This document shows, piece after piece, positions 9,246 to 18,027 of a stretch of 40,418 nucleotides of DNA. The position numbers and the translations under genes were made by a program. The notes beneath the pieces were generated by a model that was not told the origin of the DNA, ran no database searches, and was given only the letters and a program-made list of their open reading frames with translations. Each line of letters begins with the position of its first letter. The stretch's first letter is position 1. This DNA is from an uncultured Planctomycetia bacterium (GTDB lineage Bacteria; Omnitrophota; Gorgyraeia; 1-14-0-20-64-10), in assembly GCA_964343105.1 (NCBI GenBank), contig CAYFHV010000002.1, forward strand, positions 1 through 40,418, written 5' to 3'.

Positions 9246-10028
9246 GTGCGCCGCGTTTTTATTGACGTAGGGGGTCTCACCTGCCCAAAGAGGGGATCCA
9301 AGGAATTCATGGAAGCCCTGACCCGCTCCATTCGCAGAGCAGGGCTGGAAGGGCAGGTGGAGGTGATCGCCCGGGGCTGCTTCGGGCTGTGCAACATCGC
9401 CCCGAACCTGTACGTGGAGCCCGATGGTATCTGGTACTCCCGCTTCACGCTGAAGGACGTGCCGGTGATCGTCCGGCAGCATCTTCGCAACAACCGTCCC
9501 GTCTTGCGGCTGATTCACTATCCGGACCGGAGGCGGGTCAACAAGAGAGGAGAAACGCAGGTGGCTGAGACGCTGGTGGCTCGTGAGGTCGAGGTGGGGG
9601 ATGTGGCCCCCGATTTTACGCTGAAGGATGAGAACGGTAACCCGGTGGCGCTCTCCAGCTTCCGGGGCAAGAAGAGCGTGGTCCTGGCCTTCTACCCGTT
9701 TGACTGGAGCCCGGTCTGCACGAACGAGAACTGCGCCTTGACGCAGGATCTGGCCGAGTTTGAGGGGAAGGAGACGGTGGTCTTCGGCGTGAGCTGTGAT
9801 TCCTTCTTCTGCCACAAGGCGTGGAGGGAGAAGCTGGGGCTGAAGCAATCGCTCCTGTCGGATCAGCAGCGGGAGGTCTCCAAGAAGTACGGGCTGTTCC
9901 TGGAGGAGCTCAACTGCTCCAAGCGGGCTACGGTGGTGATCGACAGGCAGGGCAAGGTCACCTTCAAGAAGGTGCAGGAGATCAAGGTCGCCCGCAGCAA
10001 CCAGGAGATCCTGGCCGCCCTTCGGTGA
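9246..10028 (+). CDS. fusion protein: thioredoxin-like [2Fe-2S] ferredoxin (NuoE-like) domain + PrxQ/BCP-type peroxiredoxin
   Basis: The N-terminal ~95 aa ([14 protein letters not shown]...[21 protein letters not shown]) has the thioredoxin-like ferredoxin layout with 3 Cys. The C-terminal part ([29 protein letters not shown]) is AhpC/TSA with a Cys-X4-Cys pair. GTG start. Confidence 0.75.
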   Translation: MRRVFIDVGGLTCPKRGSKEFMEALTRSIRRAGLEGQVEVIARGCFGLCNIAPNLYVEPDGIWYSRFTLKDVPVIVRQHLRNNRPVLRLIHYPDRRRVNKRGETQVAETLVAREVEVGDVAPDFTLKDENGNPVALSSFRGKKSVVLAFYPFDWSPVCTNENCALTQDLAEFEGKETVVFGVSCDSFFCHKAWREKLGLKQSLLSDQQREVSKKYGLFLEELNCSKRATVVIDRQGKVTFKKVQEIKVARSNQEILAALR

Positions 10029-12454
10029 AACAAACAGCTCCAGCGTCCGAGGAGCAGGTCCTCGAGCAGGAGGTGCGCCGGCACATCCTGGTGACCACCT
10101 GGGACAAGCTGCTGGAGTTGGTGAATCCGATCTACAACTGGGGGCGGCGCAATTCGATCTGGCCACTCCAGTTTGGGCTGGCCTGCTGCGCCATTGAGAT
10201 GATCTGCACGGCGGCCAGCCGCTTCGACATCGCCCGCTTCGGTGCGGAGCTCTTCCGCGCCTCCCCCCGGCAGGCGGACCTCATGATCGTCTCCGGCACG
10301 GTCACGAAGAAGATGGTTCCGATGATCGTGCGGCTCTACAACCAGATGGCGGAGCCAAAGTACGTCATCTCCATGGGAGCCTGCGCCACCGCCGGCGGGC
10401 CGTTCAAGGAGGGGTACAACGTCGTCTCCGGCATTGATAAGTTCCTGCCGGTGGATGTCTACATACCGGGATGCCCGCCCACGCCTCAGGCGCTCCTCCA
10501 CGCGCTGATCACGCTGCAGAAGCAGATCGACAGCCAGGACGCCCGCAAGGTCCGCTGGTACCGGAAGGAGGAGGGCGCGGAGATCCCGGTCCCGGAGCTG
10601 GGGCCGGATCTCTTTGACGTTCGCCGGGCGGAGGAAATCAAGAAAATTTGCTCGGGGCCGGCGCCGACCGGACCGGCGGTTCTTCCGAAGTTCGTGCCGG
10701 CCTTTAAGGCCACGCCGACGGAGGTGGAAGGGGCAGATCCGAAGGCAACGGAGCTGGCCAGCCGCCTCAACCGCCTGACCAGTGAGGGCGCGGTGACTCC
10801 CTGCGGCAAGGCGCTCCTCGTGGATCCGCTGATTCTTCCCGACGTCGCCAGGGCCCTGAAGGACCAGCCGGATCTTTCCTTCGACTACCTGACGAATCTC
10901 ACCTGCGTGGATTTCGAGGACTGCTACGAGGTCGTGTATCACTTGGCCTCCACGCGGCGGCCGGGTGATCCACTGCTCGCGCTGAAGGTGCGCTCCGGCA
11001 AGGGGGCCCCCGAGGTGCCGACCGTGACGCCGATCTGGCCCGGGGCCGATTTCCAGGAGAGGGAGGTCTGGGATCTGTACGGCGTCCGCTTCAGAGGGCA
11101 CCCGAACCTCAAACGGATCCTCATGTGGGAGGGGTTCGAGGGGCATCCGATGCGGAAGGATTACCTGGAGGCGTACTACGAAGGACCGGGCAAGATTTTC
11201 CCGAGCCGGTGGAGGGAGGGGCATCACCAGCTGGCAGAGGAGCGGGTTCCCTTTGCTGACAACGTGACCTATCCAGCCGGCTTCGATCCCGCGGCCTGGA
11301 AGCCGGTCCCCGAACCGTGGCGCCCGATCACCTCCGAGGCGCTCAAGAGTCTGAAGACCGACACGCTCACCGTGAACCTGGGCCCGCAGCACCCCTCCAC
11401 GCACGGCGTCTTCCGGATGCGCGTTGTGGTGGAGGGGGAGCGGATCGTTGCCCTGGAGCCGGTGGTCGGCTACATGCACCGCAACCACGAGAAGATCGGG
11501 GAGCGGAACACTTACCTCATGAACTTCCCCTACACCGACCGGCTGGACTACATCTGCTCGATGGGGAACAACCTGGGCTACGCCGTCGCGGTCGAGAAGA
11601 TGATGGGGATCCGCCCGCCGGAGCGGGCGGAGTACATCCGGGTCATCATGGCGGAGCTCACCCGGATCGTGAACCATTTCTGGGCGATCGGGTTCCTCCT
11701 GAACGACCTGGGGGCCTTCTTCACGCCGGCCCTCTACGCCATCGAGGAGCGGGAGCTCATCCTGGATCTCTTCGAGATGGCCTCCGGCTCCCGGATGATG
11801 TGCAACTACATGCGCTTCGGTGGGGTGATGGCTGACCTGCCGGAGGAGTTCATGCCGGCTACCCGGGAGCTGGTGAGCAACCGGCTGGGGAGGGCGATCG
11901 AGCAGATCGACAGATACCTCACCCGCAACGAGATCCTCTTGAGCCGCTGCCGCGGGGTCGGCGTCCTGCCGCGGGACGCGGCGATCGCCTTCTCCGCGGC
12001 CGGGCCGGTCCTGCGCGGCTCGGGGGTGAAGTACGATGTTCGGCGGGCCGAGCCGTACTCGATCTACGACCGGTTTGACTTCGAGATCCCGACCTTCCCG
12101 GAGGGGGACGTCTACGCCCGATATCGGATGCGGATTGCTGAGATGTGGCAGAGTCTGAAGATCCTGAAGCAGGCGATCCAGGAGATCCCGGCAGGAGAGG
12201 TCCAGGCCGGCAAGAAGGCGTGGAACATCCGGGTGCCGGCGGGGGAGGGGTACGGCCGGGTGGAAAACCCGAAAGGAGAGCTGGGGTTCTACATTGTCTC
12301 GGACGGGACCGACCACCCGTACCGGTACCACATCCGGGCCCCTTCCTTTATCAACCTCACGGCGCTGGGGCTCATGTGCCAGGGGCATCTGGTAGCCGAC
12401 GTGGTGGCGATCCTCGGCTCGATCGACATCGTGCTGGGCGAAACCGACCGATGA
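10025..12454 (+). CDS. nuoBCD: NADH-quinone oxidoreductase subunits B, C and D fused in one polypeptide
   Basis: NuoB part: [26 protein letters not shown] (N2 cluster Cys). NuoC part: [26 protein letters not shown]. NuoD part: [13 protein letters not shown]...[12 protein letters not shown]...[17 protein letters not shown] 10025 overlaps the upstream stop (GTGA). The ORF-track start at 9821 lies inside the previous gene. Confidence 0.9.
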   Translation: MKQTAPASEEQVLEQEVRRHILVTTWDKLLELVNPIYNWGRRNSIWPLQFGLACCAIEMICTAASRFDIARFGAELFRASPRQADLMIVSGTVTKKMVPMIVRLYNQMAEPKYVISMGACATAGGPFKEGYNVVSGIDKFLPVDVYIPGCPPTPQALLHALITLQKQIDSQDARKVRWYRKEEGAEIPVPELGPDLFDVRRAEEIKKICSGPAPTGPAVLPKFVPAFKATPTEVEGADPKATELASRLNRLTSEGAVTPCGKALLVDPLILPDVARALKDQPDLSFDYLTNLTCVDFEDCYEVVYHLASTRRPGDPLLALKVRSGKGAPEVPTVTPIWPGADFQEREVWDLYGVRFRGHPNLKRILMWEGFEGHPMRKDYLEAYYEGPGKIFPSRWREGHHQLAEERVPFADNVTYPAGFDPAAWKPVPEPWRPITSEALKSLKTDTLTVNLGPQHPSTHGVFRMRVVVEGERIVALEPVVGYMHRNHEKIGERNTYLMNFPYTDRLDYICSMGNNLGYAVAVEKMMGIRPPERAEYIRVIMAELTRIVNHFWAIGFLLNDLGAFFTPALYAIEERELILDLFEMASGSRMMCNYMRFGGVMADLPEEFMPATRELVSNRLGRAIEQIDRYLTRNEILLSRCRGVGVLPRDAAIAFSAAGPVLRGSGVKYDVRRAEPYSIYDRFDFEIPTFPEGDVYARYRMRIAEMWQSLKILKQAIQEIPAGEVQAGKKAWNIRVPAGEGYGRVENPKGELGFYIVSDGTDHPYRYHIRAPSFINLTALGLMCQGHLVADVVAILGSIDIVLGETDR

Positions 12455-12473
12455 CCGCGACAGAGGTGGTGGG

Positions 12474-13109
12474 GTGAAGATCTACGGCCTCGAGCTGCTC
12501 CGGGGATTGGGCATCACGGTGGGGCATTTTTTAGCCAGCTACGCGGTGGGGCTTCGCCGGACATTCCGGAATCGGTTGCGCGGGGAGGTTCGGCAGCGAC
12601 CGGGAGAAGGGGGGATCTTCACGGTTCAGTATCCTGAGGAGCGCCTGAAGCTGCCGGAGCGTTTCCGGGTCCTGCCGGTCCTCATCTTCGAGGGCAAAGA
12701 GGGCGAGAAATGGAAGGAGGAGACAGAGCTCTGCACCGCCTGCGGGATCTGCGCCAAGGTCTGCCCGCCCCAGTGCATCTGGATCGTTCAGGCCAAGGAC
12801 GCCTCGGGCAAGCCGAAACCGAAGGCCTCGGACTTTTACATTGATGTGGATGTCTGCATGAACTGCGGACTGTGCGCCGAGTTCTGCCCCTTTGACGCGA
12901 TCAAGATGGACCACACCTTTGAGCTTGGATCGGAGGAGCGCCACACCTCCCACATCTTCGATATCGACCGCCTGCACGTCTCCACCGAATATTACGCGCG
13001 GACGCACCCGAAGGCCTGGGCGGAGGAGGAGGCGCGCCGGGCGGCGAAGGCCAAGAAGCCGGAGACGGCCGGAGCAGGTCAGGGTAAGCCGGAGGCAGGC
13101 AATGTATGA
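12474..13109 (+). CDS. nuoI: NADH-quinone oxidoreductase subunit I (2x[4Fe-4S])
   Basis: CTACGICAKVCP and CMNCGLCAEFCP ferredoxin motifs, with a YPEERLKLPERFR N-terminal region. GAGGTG lies 5 nt upstream of GTG 12474. Has a Lys/Ala-rich C-terminal tail. Confidence 0.88.
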   Translation: MKIYGLELLRGLGITVGHFLASYAVGLRRTFRNRLRGEVRQRPGEGGIFTVQYPEERLKLPERFRVLPVLIFEGKEGEKWKEETELCTACGICAKVCPPQCIWIVQAKDASGKPKPKASDFYIDVDVCMNCGLCAEFCPFDAIKMDHTFELGSEERHTSHIFDIDRLHVSTEYYARTHPKAWAEEEARRAAKAKKPETAGAGQGKPEAGNV

Positions 13110-13461
13110 GCTGAACTACCTGTTCCTCGGCATCTTTTTTCTCGCGGCGCTGGTGGTCCCGCTCCTGCCGATCGTGCTGGCCTGGTTCATCGCTCCGAAG
13201 AAGCCGGGCAGGGTCAAGGGGGAGCCGTACGAGTGCGGGACCGAGGGGGAAGGGGATTCCTGGGTCCAGTTCCGGATCCAGTACTACATCTTCGCGATCC
13301 TCTTCGTGATCTTTGACGTGGAGGCGCTCTTCCTCTTTCCCTGGGCCGTCATCTTCAAGGAGGCGGGCGTGGCTGGCCTGGCGGCCATCGGGGCATTTGT
13401 GGGGATTATCGCGCTTGGGCTCGTCTACGCGTGGCAGGTGGGAGGGTTGGAGTGGGACTAG
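13102..13461 (+). CDS. nuoA: NADH-quinone oxidoreductase subunit A
   Basis: 119 aa. EPYECG and ILFVIFDVEALFLFPWA motifs. GGAGG lies 6 nt upstream of ATG 13102. Overlaps the nuoI stop. Confidence 0.85.
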   Translation: MYELNYLFLGIFFLAALVVPLLPIVLAWFIAPKKPGRVKGEPYECGTEGEGDSWVQFRIQYYIFAILFVIFDVEALFLFPWAVIFKEAGVAGLAAIGAFVGIIALGLVYAWQVGGLEWD

Positions 13462-14555
13462 ATCTTCTGCGGCTCTTTCTGCCGGGGCTGGTGATCCTGG
13501 TGCTGGCACCGGTGGGGATGATGTACCTCACCTGGCTGGAGCGGAAGGTGGTGGCCCGGATCCAGGACCGGTTCGGGCCGAATCGGGTGGGGCCCTACGG
13601 GCTTCTCCAGCCGATCGCCGACGGGATCAAGATGCTCACCAAGGAGGACATCGTTCCCACCGGGGCGGACTGGGTCTGCCATTTCCTGGCCCCGGTCGTC
13701 ATCGTGGTGCCGTCCCTTTTCTTGTTTACCGTCCTGCCGGTGGGACCGGGCTGGGTGGCTGCGCCCCTGACCACCGGGCTTCTCTTCTTCATGGCGGTGG
13801 GATCCGCCACCACCCTGGCCATCTTCATGGCCGGCTGGGGCTCGCGGAACAAATTCTCTCTGCTGGGGGCGATCCGCAACGCCGCGCAGCTCATCGCCTA
13901 CGAGGTCCCTCTGGTCCTGGCGCTGGTCGTGGTTCCCATGGTGGTGGGGTCGTTGAGTCTGTTGGAGATCGTGGAGGCGCAGTCCGGCCGCTGGTTCATC
14001 CTGACGCCCTGGGGACTGGTGGGCTTCTTCCTTGTGATGACGGCCGGGTTGGCGGAGGTGAACCGGACTCCGTTCGACCTGCCGGAGGCGGAATCGGAGA
14101 TCGTGGCCGGCTTCCACACCGAATACAGCGGGATGAAGTTCGCCCTCTTCTACATGGCGGAGTTCCTGAGCACTCTGGCCACGGCCGGGCTCCTGGCGGC
14201 CCTGTTCCTTGCGGGCTGGAAAGGGCCGTCGGTTCCGCTCCTCCCGGCGGGGGTGGAGCCGATCTTCTGGATGGGGCTGAAGACCTTCCTCATGGTTTTC
14301 GTCATGATCTGGATCCGGGGCACGTTCCCGAGATTTCGGATCGATCAGCTCATGGGCCTTGCCTGGAAGGTGCTCATCCCGGTGGCGCTGGCCAACGTGG
14401 CGGGCGCGGCCTGCGAGCAGATGATCCCCGGTCTTTGGGGCGAGCTGATGGGCCTGGCGCTGCCGGTGGGCACGTTCCTCTGGACCAGCCAGCTGTGGCT
14501 GCGGCCCCAACCCCACTTGACTACGCGCTGGGTCTATGAAAAAGTAGAGGGGTAA
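13452..14555 (+). CDS. nuoH: NADH-quinone oxidoreductase subunit H
   Basis: LTWLERKVVARIQDRFGPNRVGPYGLLQPIADGIKM and NRTPFDLPEAESEIVAGFHTEYSGMKFALFYMAEF are NuoH/ND1 signatures. GGAGG at 13441-13445 lies 6 nt upstream of GTG 13452, with GTG 13431 as an alternative. Confidence 0.9.
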   Translation: MGLDLLRLFLPGLVILVLAPVGMMYLTWLERKVVARIQDRFGPNRVGPYGLLQPIADGIKMLTKEDIVPTGADWVCHFLAPVVIVVPSLFLFTVLPVGPGWVAAPLTTGLLFFMAVGSATTLAIFMAGWGSRNKFSLLGAIRNAAQLIAYEVPLVLALVVVPMVVGSLSLLEIVEAQSGRWFILTPWGLVGFFLVMTAGLAEVNRTPFDLPEAESEIVAGFHTEYSGMKFALFYMAEFLSTLATAGLLAALFLAGWKGPSVPLLPAGVEPIFWMGLKTFLMVFVMIWIRGTFPRFRIDQLMGLAWKVLIPVALANVAGAACEQMIPGLWGELMGLALPVGTFLWTSQLWLRPQPHLTTRWVYEKVEG

Positions 14556-14592
14556 GCGCAGGAGTGACTCCGAACAAGAACGGGAGGATCCC

Positions 14593-14901
14593 TTGGGAAA
14601 ATTCGTTAGCGTAGCGACCGTCTCGGAGATTGCGCCGGGCGGGGCGAAGCAGGTGGAGGTGGAAGGGCACACGCTCGCCATCTACAACGTGGGCGGCACC
14701 TTCTACGCGATTGACAACACCTGCACTCACGTCGGCGGACCTCTGGCCGAGGGGACGGTGGAGGGGGAGGAGGTGGAGTGTCCCTGGCATGGGGCCCGGT
14801 TCGACGTCAAAACCGGCAAGGTCGTCAGCCCACCCGCGGGATCGGACGTCCAGTCGTACCCCGTTCGGGTGAACGGATCCAACGTCGAAGTAGAGATCTG
14901 A
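14593..14901 (+). CDS. Rieske [2Fe-2S] ferredoxin (small soluble type)
   Basis: 102 aa. CTHVGGPL and CPWHGARF give the complete CxH...CxxH Rieske ligand set. TTG start lies 5 nt after GGGAGG. Confidence 0.8.
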   Translation: MGKFVSVATVSEIAPGGAKQVEVEGHTLAIYNVGGTFYAIDNTCTHVGGPLAEGTVEGEEVECPWHGARFDVKTGKVVSPPAGSDVQSYPVRVNGSNVEVEI

Positions 14902-14934
14902 CTCGGAGCCAAGCTCAAGGAGGAGACCGATTCG

Positions 14935-15246
14935 ATGTCCTATGTCATCACGGCGAAGTGCCTAGGCGAGCAGTACGCCCAGTGCGTCGAGGTTTGTCCC
15001 GTGGACTGCATCTATCCCGGCGATCACAAGGGGGAGAAGTTCATGGTGATCGACCCGGAGATCTGCATCACCTGCGGGGCCTGCCTGCCGGTCTGTCCCG
15101 TCGGGGCGATCGTGGAGTCCGAGGACTTCGACCAGGAGTACGCCAAGGTCAACAAGGATCTCTCTCCTGCCTACAAGGGCAACGCGAAGGTTACGCCCCG
15201 AGCCAGCAACGACCCTCCGAAGAAGCCCGGCAACAAGCTGGTGTAA
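14935..15246 (+). CDS. 7Fe-type ([3Fe-4S][4Fe-4S]) ferredoxin
   Basis: YVITAKC...QCVEVCPVDCIY and CITCGACLPVCPVGAI match the Azotobacter FdxA-type cysteine spacing. AAGGAGGA SD upstream. Confidence 0.85.
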   Translation: MSYVITAKCLGEQYAQCVEVCPVDCIYPGDHKGEKFMVIDPEICITCGACLPVCPVGAIVESEDFDQEYAKVNKDLSPAYKGNAKVTPRASNDPPKKPGNKLV

Positions 15247-15300
15247 GGCCGGCTGCGCAGCCGGCACTGACCGCCCTGCGGGGCGGTGGAATCGCCCACG

Positions 15301-16899
15301 ATGACCCTTTCCGCTGAAGCGGCCAAGGACCGGATCGGCAATCCCTTCCTGATCCGCGAGAAGATCGAGGCCGCGGCCAGGGAAGGGTTCACCTCGCTCA
15401 CCGAAGACGACCAGTTCCTCGCCAAGTGGTACGGCCTCTACACCCACCGGCATGAGCCCGGATACTTCATGCTGCGGCTCAAGATCCCGGGAGGCCACCT
15501 GACAGCCGCGCAGCTGCGCACGGTCGCCCAGATCACGAGCGAGCGCAACCGGGACTTCGCAGACATCACCACCCGGCAGGACTTCCAGCTCCACTGGGTT
15601 AAGACTGAGGAGGCCCCGGAGACCCTGCAGATCCTCCAGTCGGCCGGGATCTCGACCCTGGGAGCGTGCGGGGATGTGATGCGCAACGTGGTGGGCTGCG
15701 CCGTGGCGGGCGTGGATGCGCAGGAGCTGTTCGACGCCACCCCGATCTTGAGACAGGTGAGCGACCACTTCCTCGGCAACCTGGAGTTTGCGAACCTTCC
15801 CCGGAAATACAAGATCTCGATCGCCGCCTGCCGGGAGCAGTGCCAGCAGCCGGAGGTTCAATGCGTGAGCTTCGTCGGCGTGCTGCGGCAGTCCGGAGGC
15901 GAGCCGCAGCCCGGGTTCGACCTGCGCGTCGGAGGGGGGCTCTCCACGAAATGGTACTTCGGCCAGCGGCTCAACGCCTTTGTCACCCCGGAGCAGGTGC
16001 TGCCCGCGATCCGGGCGATCACCGAGATCTACCGGGACAGCCCGGAGTACCGGAAGGCTCGGTCGCGGGCGCGGCTGAAGTACCTGATTGCGGACTGGGG
16101 GGTGGAGCGGTTCCGGCAGGCGCTGCAGGCGAAGCTGGATTTTCCACTCGAGGAGGCCGGGACGGTCGAGGATCCTCCCGACGCATACCGGGACCATGTG
16201 GGCGTCCATGAGCAGAAGCAGCCAGGCCTCTTCTACGTCGGGGTGCCGGTCCTCGTGGGGCGGATCTCCGGCGCGCAGATGCGCAAGGTCGCCGACCTGG
16301 CCGAGCGGCACGGGGATGGGACGATCCGGCTGACGGTGCGGCAGAACCTGCTCCTCCTCAACGTGTCGAAGGAGAAGGTGGTTTCCGTGCTGGAGGGTCT
16401 GGAGGCGGTGGGGCTGAGGGTGAGCGCTTCGCCGATTCATCGGGGAGTGGTGACCTGCACCGGTATCGAGTTCTGCAAGCTGGCGGTCACGGAGACCAAG
16501 GTCCGCGCGCGGGAGATCGTGGAGTATCTGGAGAGGAGGGTCACGCTGGAGGAGCCGCTGCGGATCCACATCACCGGTTGCCCCAACACCTGCGCCCAGT
16601 CGCCGATCGCCCACATCGGCCTGCAGGGATCGAAGGTCAAGGTGGGCGATCAGATGCTGGAGAGCTACGATGTCGCGGTCGGCGGACAGCTGGGCCGGGA
16701 CCGGGCGTTCAACCACTTCGTGCTCCGGAAGATCCCCGCGACGCAGGTGAAGTTCCGGCTGGAGCGGCTGCTGCTGGAGTATCGGCAGAAGAGAGCCGGC
16801 GGGGAATCGTTCAACGCATTCTGCAGCCGGATCGGGGACGCGGGGGTCGCTCAGTTGCTGGGTGAGGAAAAGCGCGAGGGTGACGGAGCGAGCGGCTAG
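15301..16899 (+). CDS. ferredoxin-dependent sulfite/nitrite reductase (siroheme-[4Fe-4S] hemoprotein)
   Basis: Two NIR_SIR-type repeats. Cluster/siroheme cysteines are TCTGIEFC ... GCPNTCAQ (C-X5-C...C-X3-C). ATG 15301 is preferred over GTG 15286. Confidence 0.85.
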   Translation: MTLSAEAAKDRIGNPFLIREKIEAAAREGFTSLTEDDQFLAKWYGLYTHRHEPGYFMLRLKIPGGHLTAAQLRTVAQITSERNRDFADITTRQDFQLHWVKTEEAPETLQILQSAGISTLGACGDVMRNVVGCAVAGVDAQELFDATPILRQVSDHFLGNLEFANLPRKYKISIAACREQCQQPEVQCVSFVGVLRQSGGEPQPGFDLRVGGGLSTKWYFGQRLNAFVTPEQVLPAIRAITEIYRDSPEYRKARSRARLKYLIADWGVERFRQALQAKLDFPLEEAGTVEDPPDAYRDHVGVHEQKQPGLFYVGVPVLVGRISGAQMRKVADLAERHGDGTIRLTVRQNLLLLNVSKEKVVSVLEGLEAVGLRVSASPIHRGVVTCTGIEFCKLAVTETKVRAREIVEYLERRVTLEEPLRIHITGCPNTCAQSPIAHIGLQGSKVKVGDQMLESYDVAVGGQLGRDRAFNHFVLRKIPATQVKFRLERLLLEYRQKRAGGESFNAFCSRIGDAGVAQLLGEEKREGDGASG

Positions 16900-16902
16900 G
16901 CG

Positions 16903-18027
16903 ATGCCGGACGTCGTGGTGATCGGGGCGGGGGTCGTGGGCCTGGCGGTTGGCGAGGAGCTGGCGCGGAGGGGCCTGGAGGTGGAGCTGTTCGAGCGCCA
17001 GCCGCAGGTGGCCCAAGAGGCCTCCGGGGCGGCGGCAGGGATTCTCGATCCTCAGGGTGCGGACGGTCCGGGCCCCATGCTGGAGCTGCTTCGGACCGGC
17101 TTTCCGCTGGTGGCGGAGATGATTCGCCGGCTGGAGTCCGCCAGCGGGCTGGATCTCGGTTATCGCGCGTGCGGGATGATGGGGATCGTCTTCACCGACG
17201 AGGACGCAGCCGATCTGGATCGTGAGCGCCGCTGGCAGGAGGAGGCGGGGCTGGTGGTGGAGCGGCTGGACCGGCGCCAGGTCACGGAGGCGGAGCCGGC
17301 GGTGAGCTCGAGGGTACGGGGCGGCGTCTGGTGGCCTCGTGTGTCCCAGGTGGATGTGACGCGAATGGGGGCGGCGTACCAGCGCCTGTTCGAACAGTCA
17401 GGCGGCGTTCTGAAGCTCGGGCTGGCAGTGGAGAGGTTCCTGGTGGAGCGGGATCAGGTGGTCGGGGTCGAGACGCGGCAGGGGCGGGTGCACGCCGGAT
17501 GGGTCGTCGACTGCGCGGGCCCGTGGGCTGCGCTCGATTCAACGCTGCCTTGGGAGATCCCCTCGATCCCGTGCCGCGGGCAGATCATCCAATTTTCCGT
17601 CCAGCAGCCGCTCCTGCGCAGCGTGGTCCGCTCCGCCCGGGCCTACCTGGTCCAGCGATTCCCGAGGCAGCTTCTGGCCGGGACCACGGTCGAATACGTC
17701 GGATTCGATCGGTCGGTCACCGAGGAGGGCCAGCGGGCGATCCGGGAGGGGGCGTGCGAGATCTGCCCGGGCCTTTCCTCCATCCCGGTGACGTCCGCCT
17801 GGGCTGGCCTGAGGCCGGACAGTCCGGACCACCTTCCCATACTGGGGCCCACCCCTCTCGACCGGTTGCTCGTTGCCTCGGGTCACTTCCGCAACGGCAT
17901 CCTGCTGGCACCGTTGACCGGCCGGCTCATTGCGGAGCTCATCACCCGCGGGGATTGCTCCATCGACCTGTCGCCATTCAAGTTAGCTCGGTTCGTGGCG
18001 AAGGCCGCGAGGGATGTTGTAAAATAG
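16903..18027 (+). CDS. thiO: FAD-dependent oxidoreductase, glycine oxidase (ThiO)-like
   Basis: VVVIGAGVVGLAVGEELARRG FAD motif and C-terminal SGHFRNGILLAPLTG, typical of ThiO/DAO. Starts 3 nt after the reductase stop. Confidence 0.6.
   Translation: MPDVVVIGAGVVGLAVGEELARRGLEVELFERQPQVAQEASGAAAGILDPQGADGPGPMLELLRTGFPLVAEMIRRLESASGLDLGYRACGMMGIVFTDEDAADLDRERRWQEEAGLVVERLDRRQVTEAEPAVSSRVRGGVWWPRVSQVDVTRMGAAYQRLFEQSGGVLKLGLAVERFLVERDQVVGVETRQGRVHAGWVVDCAGPWAALDSTLPWEIPSIPCRGQIIQFSVQQPLLRSVVRSARAYLVQRFPRQLLAGTTVEYVGFDRSVTEEGQRAIREGACEICPGLSSIPVTSAWAGLRPDSPDHLPILGPTPLDRLLVASGHFRNGILLAPLTGRLIAELITRGDCSIDLSPFKLARFVAKAARDVVK

Noticed and set aside
9863-12388. An 841-aa ORF on the - strand, antisense to nuoBCD. 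Similar long antisense ORFs occur at 887..2020, 1944..2789, 4157..5626, 6316..7173, 7504..8286, 9159..10166 and 13458..14681.
   Set aside because: The translations are Arg/Pro/Gly/His/Leu-rich low-complexity strings with no motifs. The opposite strand carries unmistakable conserved proteins. Long stop-free antisense frames are expected in G+C-rich coding DNA.
13313-14539. Alternative-frame + strand ORFs inside real genes, for example the 408-aa ORF within nuoH, 11317..11835, 17331..18407, 19185..19829, 20460..21218 and 39251..39850.
   Set aside because: These are Gly/Arg/Ala/Pro-rich products typical of off-frame reading of G+C-rich genes, and the primary frames have clear family signatures.
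14962-17016. A 684-aa - strand ORF across the ferredoxin/sulfite reductase genes, an 814-aa - strand ORF at 18871..21315 (antisense to aceE) and a 984-aa - strand ORF at 37354..40308 (antisense to dnaK/dnaJ).
   Set aside because: Same reasoning. These are antisense shadows of strongly recognisable + strand genes, with no SD or start context and low-complexity products.
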